Shown: positions 52,807 through 64,000 of the stretch, in pieces
Layout: each line of letters begins with the position of its first letter
How positions within the stretch are numbered: the stretch's first letter is position 1
NCBI GenBank assembly: GCA_037379345.1
Contig: CM074511.1
Span: 36,152,862 to 36,216,861 of the forward strand
Source: Perna viridis
Taxonomy: Eukaryota
Length of the DNA: 64,000 bases
Reading direction: 5' to 3'
The notes under the pieces: model-generated
Told to the model about the DNA's origin: nothing
What the model saw: the letters and a program-made list of their open reading frames with translations, nothing else
The model's database searches: none
Program-made: the position numbers and the translations under genes

Positions 52807-55184
52807 ATGGGAACCTACAGTTTTGGAATTTGGAATGATATAGTTTTAGTCCAAGCTGTATTTACTCTTATCATCTTTTTGATATATCTGCTCTGTGCCA
52901 TTTATTGGAACGAGAAGGGTGAGTTGTGATCTTGGGGAAAGTCTAAAATTTAAAATTCCTAGTTTCACTATTACAAGATACTGTAATTAAGTTATTGCAT
53001 GCAAAAGGCGTAAAGAGTACATTCTTTTTTTATCTGCTGTAATATGTTGTAACCAGTTTTAAATTTGTTAATAAAGTCTACTCTAGTTTATAGCTAGGGA
53101 GTACTCCTACAATGTAAGAGGTTGGAATTTCGTTCCCCCATACCCAGTCAGAAAATAGCTTGCCGGACAACCTCTAGCACAACTGGAGTAAGCTAGGGAG
53201 CATAGGAATTGGGACGTGTATGATATGTAAAAAAATGTTTTCATACATCAATGTGATGATCATAACAAATGAAATCATATTCATTTTACAGAAATTGATA
53301 CGATTACAAAGTCAACCAGATGCGTTCAAAAGAAAATTGAAGAATTGGCAAAGTTTTATAAACGTATGTCTATCAGTATCTTTCCTCCAGATCCTTACTG
53401 ACACGTTGCCATTCATCAAAAAAAGAGAATTTATGTTTTCAATTTTGTTTTCAGTCTTAAAGCGAATTATGTATTTGAAAGATCTAAAATCACCCACTGC
53501 AAACAATTTACAGTTTTGGATTGAAAAAAAAACCATCTCTATAAATGAACCTCGCTTTCTCACTCTATCTAAGAATATAAACAAAGCTTAATCTGGTAAA
53601 AAAGCATTCTAAAACCGTTTTCTAAATTCATGAGCAAGATGGAATTGTGTCAGCTGGAACTAAAAATACATATTTCTTTCAGTCAAACAAACTTTACAAA
53701 AAAATCTATATAGAATGTTTACTACATTTTTTTCTGAGCTGATTTTTATCTAAATTGACAGATTTTTCTCATGAAAAAAAAAACTAACGTATTAACTTTT
53801 TCTGCAATATTTCATTGTATCTGAAGGCTCATTTCATACCCAGACATCAAGGACAAATTGCACCTTAATTTCATTTTTTACATCCAGCAAATTAAAATTA
53901 TGTTCATTGTAGATACAGAAAACAAATTCTTTGGACTGAGGAAAGCTTTATCTCAGTCAAGGAGAGATTCAGGTAATTTGATTGCAGAGTCGGCGACTAT
54001 GGAGTTTTGAAAACTGAAGTTTATTCCCTTAAACAGGCCTGGAGAAACCAATTAATCTTCTTCAATGGCTATGGTATTGAACTTGGCAGAGATCCTCTAA
54101 CTGAAGCAAGCTTTAAAGCACAACTAGCAATGGCCGAAGGATTTGTCGGTAAGCTGGTCCTGGTTTTAATGTCTTTTGCTATATAGTTATGTTTGTTTGT
54201 TTTATTAAACATGGTTTGCATATTTACTTCTGTTCAACTGATGGAAGTAGAACATTACTTTGAAACTCCTCCCACTGTAACTACATGTATTTTTATCATT
54301 ATTTACGGATTCACTTCATAATATCAAAAGCTTATTGTAAGTAAAAATTCACTGCTTGTAATAAACCTTTTTTTTTCCTCTGTAGGATATAACATTAGGA
54401 AGGTAGAAAAAGCTTCTGGAGAGGACCTTTTATCACTTTGTGAAGTAAAGAGAGAGATCAGAATACTCCAGAAATATTTTGGTAAGTAAAAAAGGGTTAG
54501 GATCTGCATTACATCTTTGCAACCTCCACTATCCCTGGAAAATGAACAAACCTAATCACTAAAAGCTACATGCAAAGGAAAAAACAAAGAAGTATAGACT
54601 TGAAGAAGAGGAGGGGAATGTGTCCGAGACAACATACCATCTGACTGTGAAAAAAAAAATGAATTTGAAAAATTATCCACACTTGGCCTTCAACTGGCAC
54701 TGGTACAGCAAAACTAAGCTTATTCAAATAAAATTTGACCGGTACAATATTTAGCAAATGAATAATAACCATCCACATCCACTTTGATGATCCCACCATT
54801 TTATATTTCTGAGTTATCTACAGATTTCACGGGAGAAACCAATTCTCCTTCAGCCGATTCTTGATATAAATTATTTCTCCACCCTCTATTGTGAAATTAA
54901 GATTTTATCATGCTCGCTAAAGCTCACATCTTAAAAATTAAAATTTACCATCTCATGTGGAGAAATAGATTCTCCTACACTGAGTGGATTAAAAAATTAA
55001 AACTTGGAAATATAAAATGGCAGGAAAACTATCACATAAATTTAATCACCACCTGGTGGTTAAAAGTCACATGCATTTTTAATCATCAGCTTATAATGGG
55101 AGAAATAATTTAAACCACTCGCTACTGAAGGAGAATTTGTATAGAACTGTTTTTTATTTATCTTTTTCAGGAAAAACTGTCTAG
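52807..55184 (+). CDS. Possible 117-aa single-pass membrane protein (join 52807-52918, 53292-53363, 53913-53972, 54386-54481, 55171-55184)
   Basis: All junctions are phase 1 and the frame stays open: MGTYSFGIWNDIVLVQAVFTLIIFLIYLLCAIYWNEKEIDTITKSTRCVQKKIEELAKFYKHTENKFFGLRKALSQSRRDSGYNIRKVEKASGEDLLSLCEVKREIRILQKYFGKTV. Confidence 0.4.
53102..53190. mobile_element. 89-bp mini TIR element with a 10-bp target-site duplication
   Basis: AGCTAGGGAG (53092-53101) | TACTCC...AGAGGTTG ... CAACCTCT...GGAGTA | AGCTAGGGAG (53191-53200). Confidence 0.75.
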
Positions 55185-58100
55185 AGAGAGCATAGTAGAA
55201 ACAACGAACATATCTTTATTTTTCATTTTAATAATAATAAAAAATTTGATTTTTGTGTTACTTCATAATGTGAAATTCTTTTCCTTGAAGAAGACACTGA
55301 GAACCACAAAGGAAGAGAAAATAAATGTTCTAGAAAAATGTAGAAATACTGAGTAAGCTCACATACAGAATATCCTCCACTATAAATAAACTTACTTCTA
55401 GTGACACCCTGAATAACCCCTCTTGTAGGAACCGAACATGAATATCTTTCTTCATGAAAATCTACATATGATGCCTAAACTTCCTTCAGATCTCATTTAA
55501 ATTCATTCAACTGTGTGTTTAATACTTTTACTTACTAGGTTTCATTATGTAAAACCCTTCAGTTGGATCTTTTCCTTCATGCACATCCACAAAAACTTTC
55601 CTTAAAATCGGAGTGGTTTAGTTGTGCTTTGACATAATATCTGAAACCCAGTTGAATTATCTCCCTTTGCAGACATTTGGGCCAAAAATGATCTTCTGTC
55701 AAGCACACCTACACATGATGTTTTTACCTTCCTTTAAAACAATTTTATCAATTTTCTATCTTGTTGTTTAAACAAATTAAAATTCCCATTACCAGTGCAT
55801 TTCTATTGAACATTATCACACAAATTATCGTCCCTTGAAAGATGTTTTTTTTAAGAATAAATTAATGTTATGTAACCATATAAAGTTTAATGTAAAAAGT
55901 TCTTTCAAAAGAATTAAAGCATTAAGTTAAACATTATATCAAATACTATTTACTCATTGAAAATGCCTATACATGATCTTGCAAAATGACTGAAAAAGAT
56001 GCTGCTTTGAAAAAATTGGCAAAAGGTTCCTTAAATGTCATCTCAAAATTTATGCGACAGACATTAAAACCACTATTTATCCCTAACAAGTCAATTTAAA
56101 TTACCGAGTAGATACAAAAATGTTGTTTGTCATTTTTATCATGGAATTTTGATCTTTTTTTTTTCAGAATATAATCTTGTACATATTTTATTCAAATAAA
56201 ATAAATATGGTGGGTCTAAGAGATTGGGCTCTGCATTGTGTTCAAGGTTACACTTCTTGCATACTTTTTGTTCTACTACACCACTGAGTTGAAAAGGAAC
56301 AGGTTAAAGCTGTTCAAATTCACCATGTTCAACTAAACTTGCAACCAGTTTTGTATTTTGCTGTTGTTATAATGACGTTAACTTTTGATTATACAAGAGC
56401 CAAATTAATATACAGTGTATTCTAGATATCTGAAGTAGAATTTACCTATATTAGTTTTACCTTTTAAAATATGGGCTGATATGTGACTTGAAATATATTT
56501 TCAAAAGATTTTTATTAAATAGAAATTGAGTTATTTATTTCATTTATCTCTAATTTTCACTAATATTTCTTGTTTCTAGAGAGATTTGACTTCTCAGACG
56601 CTGATTGGTCGAAATACATAGGGGCTACGGGCTGTAGTGTGAGTGGGTCCCATTGTCTATAAAATATCAAAAGTGACTGTGACATTTCTTATGTTTTTAA
56701 CCTGTAACCATATTTGAGGTCATAGACAGACAATAGCTAGAATGTCCGCCAAGGCACAGATGCAAAATAATGCCTTAGTTTTCCTTTTGAAAAATTAAAA
56801 GAAATGGAATCAACAACTTAAGCTTATTAATTATGAATTTCTCAAAATATAAATAAATATTGATAGTTTTAATGTCTTTGTAAGCCTCAATACTAAAAAA
56901 ACCTAAGAAAATGTATTTTTCTCGATGTGTGAAATTTCATAATCAACTCACTATTGTTGTAGATTCTATATTTATCAGATACATTGAAAACATCTTCAAT
57001 ATCATTACTTAAGTATTAAGTAGCACTCCAGCTATGAATCATTCAAAATGTGATTCATGGGTGAAAGCCTACATATTTTTATTTTTTATATTTTGTTTGA
57101 ATTGCCATAATAAACAGAAGTTAACATTGGGTTTTGATATAACCTGTTTTCTTAGGAGATAAAAAATATACAGAATGCACTGTAGAGTTCAAAATTAAGG
57201 GAGATAACTCTGTAAATGACACTCAAACACAATAGAATCTATTGGATTTTCAAAGTTATCTTTTAATCACAGACAGATTGGAACAAATAAGTACACATTT
57301 CATAATATAGACCCATAAAACAACTTAATTACAAAAATAAAAATATGTAGCCTTTTTTGGGGTGTATCACATTTTTCAGATTTTGCATGATTCTTGCATA
57401 GACTACTACTTAATGTTATTACATGTACTTAAGTATTACCTGAGGACAGATTTTAGACTGACTGTCAACAAGTAACAAAGTAGGAAAGTAAAAAAAATCA
57501 AACTTGCAAAATCTGGTACCACATGGTGAATATTTTTAGCTGTGTTTATCCATGGTCCTAAGTGGAAAATATTCACATTATATAGTGAACAGGAATACCA
57601 TACTCTGAAAGTATTTTCTGACACAGCAAAGTACTGTTTTCAAATATCAAACTGTCAATTAGATATTTCATGTCAGTAACAAAACAGATAATTGGAGATG
57701 TAATAAAATTCATTGAAAAAAAACTAATACATAGAAACACTCATTATATACAACTTTATATAATTATGTATAAAGATTCCTTGCACAGTCCCCACTTGAG
57801 ATCTCTTCAATGGCTAAAAAATCTGAAAAAAAAAAAAAAAAAATGGTATCATTAATTGAAATTTTTTGCACTTTCATGAAAATTAATATATCCTTTAGTG
57901 CCACCTAGATTAAGCAAATGAACAAATTACTTATTTTCAAATCTTTCTATTAATTAAATGATGATTATGGGTATTATAGTGCAGTGTTTAGCTGAAACTA
58001 TAGGTACAGGCAAAGATGTCAAAACACTTATAAATGAAATTAATAAAGACATTAATACTGTTCTAAGACTCAAGAATTATAAAGTTTTGGGGTGTCCAGG

Positions 58101-58566
58101 TCTGGACTCAGTTGCAAGAATTCAGTTTTAACTCAAGGTAGTCTCAGTTTATGCCAATATTCCTATGCAGCCACCTTAGAAATAACTGTCGTCATTGTGA
58201 AAGCATTTATATAAAGCTCAGGCAACTGGGTCCTGATTTATAAAATGGATGTTGCTTTCTATAAGTGCTAACATTCTAAATTTTATCAATTATCAGCTAG
58301 CTTTAAGATGCAACTTTCAAAATAGATGTGTGTCGCCCATCTGTGAGACAATATTCTGGCTTAAAACCAAATAGTGGTCACTCTATCTCTTGTATGCACA
58401 TGCTTGGCAGATAATTCAAGAATACCAATTTTACCAAGTCTTTTGTATAACTATGAAAAAATGATGGAGTTGAAGAACTTCCTGAATTTAGACATACATG
58501 TAGTACATAAAATAATATGCAGGTGCAAACAGTCTAAACTGGATATTGATTCTCTGGTCTTACTTA

Positions 58567-58701
<135 letters not shown>

Positions 58702-59896
58702 TTAAAGTTGATTATTACAAGCATTGTATCAAAACTGACCATTTATTACATTCCATTTCGAGAGATCATAGAAGTAAATAAAAATTATTATACAACTGCA
58801 ATGGTCATATTCAATACATTAAGGAGATAACTGTATTGCACTTTAAGATTTGGGGGCTTCTATTGTGGATTTGGTGGTTCAAATTGAGTTTACTTGTGTC
58901 ATGTCAGCAGAGTATAAATTATAATTTGAGACTGTCAAATTAAGGTTTTTACCTTCAAATTGAGGCAGTAATGGAATATAACTGTTAGACTGTAACTTGA
59001 AATTTTGAGGTTATCTGATGACGTTCAATGTTACAACAGATTTTACATAAGAATTTGTACTAGAATGTATATTTTACAAAAGAAATATGGTTACATATTC
59101 TTACCAAAGGAAGGCTCCAAACTAGCTCCAAATACTTCTTCTTTTCGCTTTTTCCTGTAAAACAAAACATGAAATAAAAGGTAAATGTCAATCAATACGC
59201 CAGATCCTTTTGTTAAAAGTAAATTTACAAATTTTGGCAAATTGAGCAAAAGACAGTCTCAAAACCCACTTTTATAAATTCCTAGATCTGCCCCATGAAT
59301 TAATAACACATGCTAAACAAAAAGCTTCACACAGTGCAGCATGATACTACTGAAGCCTGTTTAACTCTCTAAATTGGGGACCAACGTGGACAAAGTTTAT
59401 GAATGACACATGCTTAGAATGGTGGACTGTCTGCATTTTTGAAACAAACTGCATTAAATAATCAAGTAGTAATGCATTGTATTGTTTCAATCACTAAGAA
59501 CCCAATTTAATTCTTAAACAGTGTACAAGGTTTATATGGATCACTTTGGAAATTTGTTGGCAATAAGCAATCTTGGCATACTTCTAAAAGTCCATGAAAA
59601 GTAAAAAAAAAATCATCAAAAAAGGATGAATTTTTTTAAAATTCAGTCTTTCAAAAAATTAAGTTTTTCGACCCTTTGACTTTTTGTAAATCAAAAACTG
59701 TAAAAATTTTCAAAATTGGAAAGCTTATTTTAAGGGTGTGGCCCCAATTTGGTCCCTTACAAAATAAATACCTTTAAAAGCTATTTATCATGTAAAACTG
59801 AATTCAATAAGAAATTTTTTTTTGGAAAAATTATCAAAATTGTAAACAAATTAAGTTTTTTACATCAATTTTAATTAAACACCCATTTTACCCCCT

Positions 59897-60325
59897 TTTT
59901 AAGCTAGCCGAAGGCCATGTGAGCTACATGTATTGCTATCACTTGGTGTCTGTCTTCATCATTATCTTTAATAATTTTTTAAAACTCTTCTCCTCTGAAA
60001 CTACTGGAACAAATAAACACTAACTTGGTATGAATATTTCTTGGTGTATTGTTCATAGAAATGATGTGGGGATTATTGATCTGTGGAGAAAACATGCCAC
60101 CCTTACTAGGGGTCAGACAGAAGTTTTTTGCATTTATCTCAAAACTGTTAGATGTAGCCAGCTTCTGACAAGCGTAAAAGTGTTCAGCATGATGGAATCT
60201 ATCTGTGGTCAAATTTTCACGTTAACCTGTTACACCATAATGAAATTATTGCCCTTTTCAACATTTTTCCCTACTTTAATGTTATTTCTTTATAAATCTC
60301 CTCTAAAACAATAGGACCAATTTCT
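59897..60325 (+). mobile_element. Helentron-associated (HINE-like) element with bivalve satellite-like core repeats
   Basis: T-run, then agct..ccgaaggcc..gtgagct, then repeated core cttctcctctgaaactactgg / tctcctctaaaacaataggacc, resembling recalled bivalve Helentron-satellite elements. A similar degraded piece lies at about 12236-12570. Confidence 0.55.
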
Positions 60326-61194
60326 TCTAGCAGAGAGTAACAATATATCAAAATGATTTCATGACACTGAGTTAACTCCAACTTAAGTCATTGCACAGAA
60401 ACTAAAAATTAACACTGAACAACAACAGCAACATAACATCAAATGACTACAAAAATTGCAGTTGTATAAGAATTGGGGTTCACTTACAACCATTTTTACA
60501 TGTGATTCATTATTCATGTTAAAATGAACAATTTTCATTGAAGTAATCTGTATTATAATATTGCATAATTATAAAAAGATAAATATTGTGAACATTTCTT
60601 TAACTGATTTAACCAATTGTCACTATTATTTGGCACATCAATTATATTTCTCTTGTGGCTGTGCAATACAATTTTGTAATAAAAACATTATATCACACTG
60701 TGACACTGTAGATTTCAATTTAAAATAGTTAACAGTAAAATCTTGCTCTAAAATTATGTTTGTTAATACAACTGTGTATAATAATTGTGTAATTTACATC
60801 CAAATTTGTACTACGCATAATAACATGTCTTTTAAGGATATATTCCTAGAGATATAGTTTATTCTTTGTGTCTTAACTGTCTGAGTGTATAACAAAATCT
60901 GAAATCAGTGTAATAATATTATATTTGTATTATGCTCCCAATCAGTGTAATCATTATATCTGATTTTCTTTGCATTCAAGGTCCAGTGATTTGGATAATA
61001 AAGTGTTGTTCTTCTGTATACTTACAGTTTAAAATTCAAAATTGCCCCTGCATTCACCATCAATGTGCTAAAATTAAAAAAAGGTTAATTTTACATGTGC
61101 AGTTGTAAGATAAATCAAAGCAAAGTTAAACAAAACAACAAGAAAATACATCAAATTGCAATTTTTCTCAAATGATAGTTTCTGAAATACAACA

Positions 61195-61467
61195 GCAGGG
61201 TTCTTTAAAGTGCAAGGAACGTGGCATCTTTCCCAATACGGTACACCACTATGGTTTGAGGTCAGGTTTTCCAAATTAAAGCCTGACAACCCCAGCATGT
61301 AACACATCAGGGGTACCCCATTCCACCACCTGGGGCACACATCCCAGTTGCTCTGTGGGCAGAGCACCTAGCCCCAAGTTAGGTTTCTGAGCACTATTTA
61401 GTCGCCTTTTACGACAAGCTTAGCGCTGCTGCAGGCTTATTCATTTAACACCCAGACCTGCACCGGG
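61195..61467 (-). mobile_element. Non-LTR retroelement-related fragment (RTE-like 5' motif or SINE body)
   Basis: GC-rich island; the minus strand has cttgtcgtaaaaggcgactaaa and gcactttaaagaaccc, motifs recalled from RTE 5' ends and invertebrate SINE bodies. Confidence 0.45.
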
Positions 61468-61804
61468 CTTCTGGAATAAATAAAACAATTTTATTACTGT
61501 GATTAAAATAGGAAAATGTGATTTATTTAATGGAAGAGCACTATCTAATTCACATTACTATACCTTCACCACCAATAATCAAATCATAGACCAGTTCATG
61601 AAAATGGCATAGCCAGTGACAAACCAATTTGAATAGAGAATCAATCCTTTAGCTATCATATTCAGCCAAGTCAATTAACTGACTATTTAAATCAATTACC
61701 TACTACAACACAGGTAGGCCATTCTGCCTCATAATATTTGGGAAGAAAAATCCCAATTTGCACACAAATAAATTGGAAGTTTTATTAAATCCTTTGATTG
61801 TAAA

Positions 61805-62070
61805 TAAGGCCAGATAAAATTATACCTCTGTTTCCTGACCGACTTATTTTCAAATTAACAAACAACAAAAAGTACCACCAATCTGCCCAATATTTTACAG
61901 ATGGTAGTCAATTTTCACTTTCCACAGTCTCGGTAGTTATTAAGATGTTTTTGAAGTTGTTTTCTATGAATATCAGGAAAAAATAAGTAAATAAAATAAT
62001 ATCCCGACCTCCCAACCCTCTTTTTTCTGCCATGTAACAGGGAACAGAGGTATAATTTTATTTGGCCTTA
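61805..62070. mobile_element. MITE with 33-bp TIRs and TA flanks
   Basis: TAAGGCCAGATAAAATTATACCTCTGTTTCCTG and CAGGGAACAGAGGTATAATTTTATTTGGCCTTA are inverted repeats with 2 mismatches in 33. Confidence 0.85.
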
Positions 62071-62513
62071 CTAAAACCCTTGAGTTGTTGCTTCCATGAT
62101 AGCGCAAAATGTTATGGTAGAAAACATAAAGCAGTACTAAGCTACCCAAAGCAGATCTTCAGTGTCACTGTGTGCTAGTAAATGGTGCATTTATGTACAC
62201 GGTTCATAACTGAATCATTCATGTAAAAAAAAACAGGCATCTAAGTTTTTTTTTCTAACGATCCCTTATATTGCGTTAGAAAGAGGTATATTTGACAATA
62301 TTAAATATGAAAAACACACCCAAACAATATCAGATCTGATATCATTGTGATTGGTACATAAATGAGAAAATAATCATATCAAGACTGAAAAACTTTTTCG
62401 TGTTGTCACCGGAAATTCAGTGTAATGTAAAATCGGATGCGTTTCAGGAACAACTAGCACTCCGATTTGTTTACATTAGGTCACAAGTTGTGCAATGCAG
62501 GATATTTCTGAAG

Positions 62514-62600
62514 ATGGCAGAAGGAGGGATAGGCATTGACGCTGATTCATTTCAGTGGATTGCAGAGGATTATGAAAATCTTAATGAGCAGAAGGACGAG
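62514..62600 (+). CDS. RWD-domain protein (possibly RNF14-like E3 ligase), exon 1
   Basis: aagATGG Kozak context; MAEGGIGIDADSFQWIAEDYENLNEQKDE, then GT, phase 0. ETS motif CCGGAAAT near 62409. Confidence 0.75.
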
Positions 62601-63090
62601 GTTGTTAACCACAAGCCAGTAGCACTTTTTTGATTCCCTAAAAAAATTCCTGGGAGTTACGCCACTTAGAGTTAGAATGTACATTGCAGCCTTGTCGTTC
62701 ATTAAAGACCCATGGGTGGCTTTTAGCTGACATTTTTCATCCCAATGGGATTTTTGAAATTGTCACATTCACCACATCCATTCTCATTATATTGTAGTTT
62801 GCAGAAGTGCACTACTGAAGTGAAGCATCTTGTCATCACAACTCTTATCAAACAACTGGACAGAATTTTAGTCTTGTTGTCACCATGTTCGATTGCCCAG
62901 CTTATTATTCTTAAAGGTATCCTGTTGCTTACAAAAAAATTGTATGAATGGATATATGAATACACATATATCGCAATAAGAGTTTGGTTTCATTATGTTT
63001 GAATAAATCACAACAATCTCAAGAATGACATTATTGAACAGTGATGTACAGTGTAATTACTATGAAGTGGGAGACTTGAATAATTTACTG

Positions 63091-63311
63091 CAGTAAATCT
63101 TAATCATAAACCTGTCTAAACAAAAAAAATCTGTCTAAACCAAACACTGCATAAACGAAAAACTGGCTAAACTAACCACTTTAAAAAGTCCATCCATATC
63201 AGTTTTAAATGTATTTTTAACCTACATTTATACAGTGTAGATAAACTGAACATCTGTCTAAAGTGAATTAATTTTACTGTCCTTGACTCCAAAATGGGTT
63301 TGGTTTTACTG
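63091..63311. mobile_element. Tc1/mariner (pogo-like) derived MITE in intron 1 of the RWD gene
   Basis: CAGTAAA...TTTACTG-TA ends with internal ctgtctaaac repeats; a related fragment lies near 44620-44790. Confidence 0.5.
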
Positions 63312-63375
63312 TATGTTAAATTTCTTGTTCATTAATTGCTTTTTTAACTACCACTATTAGTGTTTTTTGACACAG

Positions 63376-63489
63376 GTGCTAGCATTCCAAAGTTTGTTTG
63401 AGATAGAAGGAGACCAAAGATTTAGTGTCGTAAACCATGGACCAGCAAATATTGGTGATGATGATGATGATCAAGTATTTACACTGCAG
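63376..63489 (+). CDS. RWD-domain protein, exon 2 (gene continues past the window)
   Basis: tttttgacacag|VLAFQSLFEIEGDQRFSVVNHGPANIGDDDDDQVFTLQ|GTATGT. Joined EQKDEVLAFQSLF matches the RWD first-helix pattern (RNF14 AQEDELLALASIY). Confidence 0.75.
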
Positions 63490-64000
63490 GTATGTTGTAT
63501 GATTAATAGTTTAAAGATATGGAAAGTTTGATGACTTAAGGCTAGAAACCACTAATTCCACTTCCCATAGGCTTCTATGCTAATTTCACAATATTCAATG
63601 GCTTCTCTGGACTTTACCTTAACTTTAACCTGCAGAGGACTATATATCAGCATGATTCTACATATGTCAGCTCACAATCCTCAGAATGGCATGTGGGGTT
63701 AGCAGACTTGCAGTGCAGTACTGGTCACCGGAAGTGAAGTGTCTATAAATAGCATGGGAAATCCCAGTGTTTTCACAAGATAGGGGTATATTTAGAAATC
63801 ATTATGGAGATTATGCTTCACATCACAAGAAGCAAAATGCACCTATAAAATGTACAGAAATGTTTTTCCTTTCAGAAACTGTTTAAATTTTTTAAATGAG
63901 ATGAGAACTTTTTTCACAGCACTATGAGGAACAGGGGTAATTTCTGCGTAGGACTATTTTTGCGTACGTTCCAAATGCTCATTGGTTGAATTGGTGGTCT

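Larger units (their letters stand above)
51570..55241 (+). pseudogene. Eight-exon spliced locus encoding a truncated or disrupted single-pass membrane protein (pseudogene or small gene)
   Basis: Canonical exons at about 51570-51713, 51945-52005, 52419-52515, 52804-52918, 53292-53363, 53913-53972 (or -54148), 54386-54481 and 55171 onward. ETS motif CGGAAGTG at 51570; signal-peptide-like MKAVTLILANLCLLML at 51631; AATAAA at 55236. Exon 2 has stops in all three frames. Confidence 0.55.

Noticed and set aside
51714-55170. snoRNA host gene reading of the short-exon locus
   Set aside because: No convincing C/D or H/ACA box pairs with terminal stems were seen in the introns, and consistent phase-1 open exons suggest coding ancestry.
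62723-63002. Overlapping 80-aa and 85-aa ORFs
   Set aside because: Inside intron 1 of the RWD gene with no clear homology.

Overview
AT-rich, intron-containing animal DNA. The repeat content looks like that of a bivalve, probably a mytilid mussel (inference from recalled repeat sequences). The main feature is a complete minus-strand FREM1-like gene. Ten coding exons (33673 to 334) join at GT-AG sites with compatible phases into 6360 nt (2119 aa): signal peptide, N-terminal NV domain, CSPG/cadherin-like repeat array, one Calx-beta domain, linker and C-type lectin. The CSPG array lies in two very large exons (2222 and 2601 nt), the first coding intron is 18.4 kb, and the linker contains an in-frame-skippable exon in which 30 of 39 consecutive residues are Lys/Arg. 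At 51.6-55.2 kb a plus-strand multi-exon locus encodes a small or disrupted single-pass membrane protein, possibly a decayed death-domain receptor. The first two exons of an RWD-domain gene start at 62514. Non-coding DNA holds many non-autonomous elements: Sola3-like, TA-flanked, 10-bp-TSD and Helentron-like elements, a Mutator remnant and a ~240-bp interspersed repeat family. There is also a degenerate minimal hammerhead-ribozyme motif and a tRNA-like cassette enclosed by a perfect 32-bp inverted repeat. All homology calls come from recalled sequences, not database searches.
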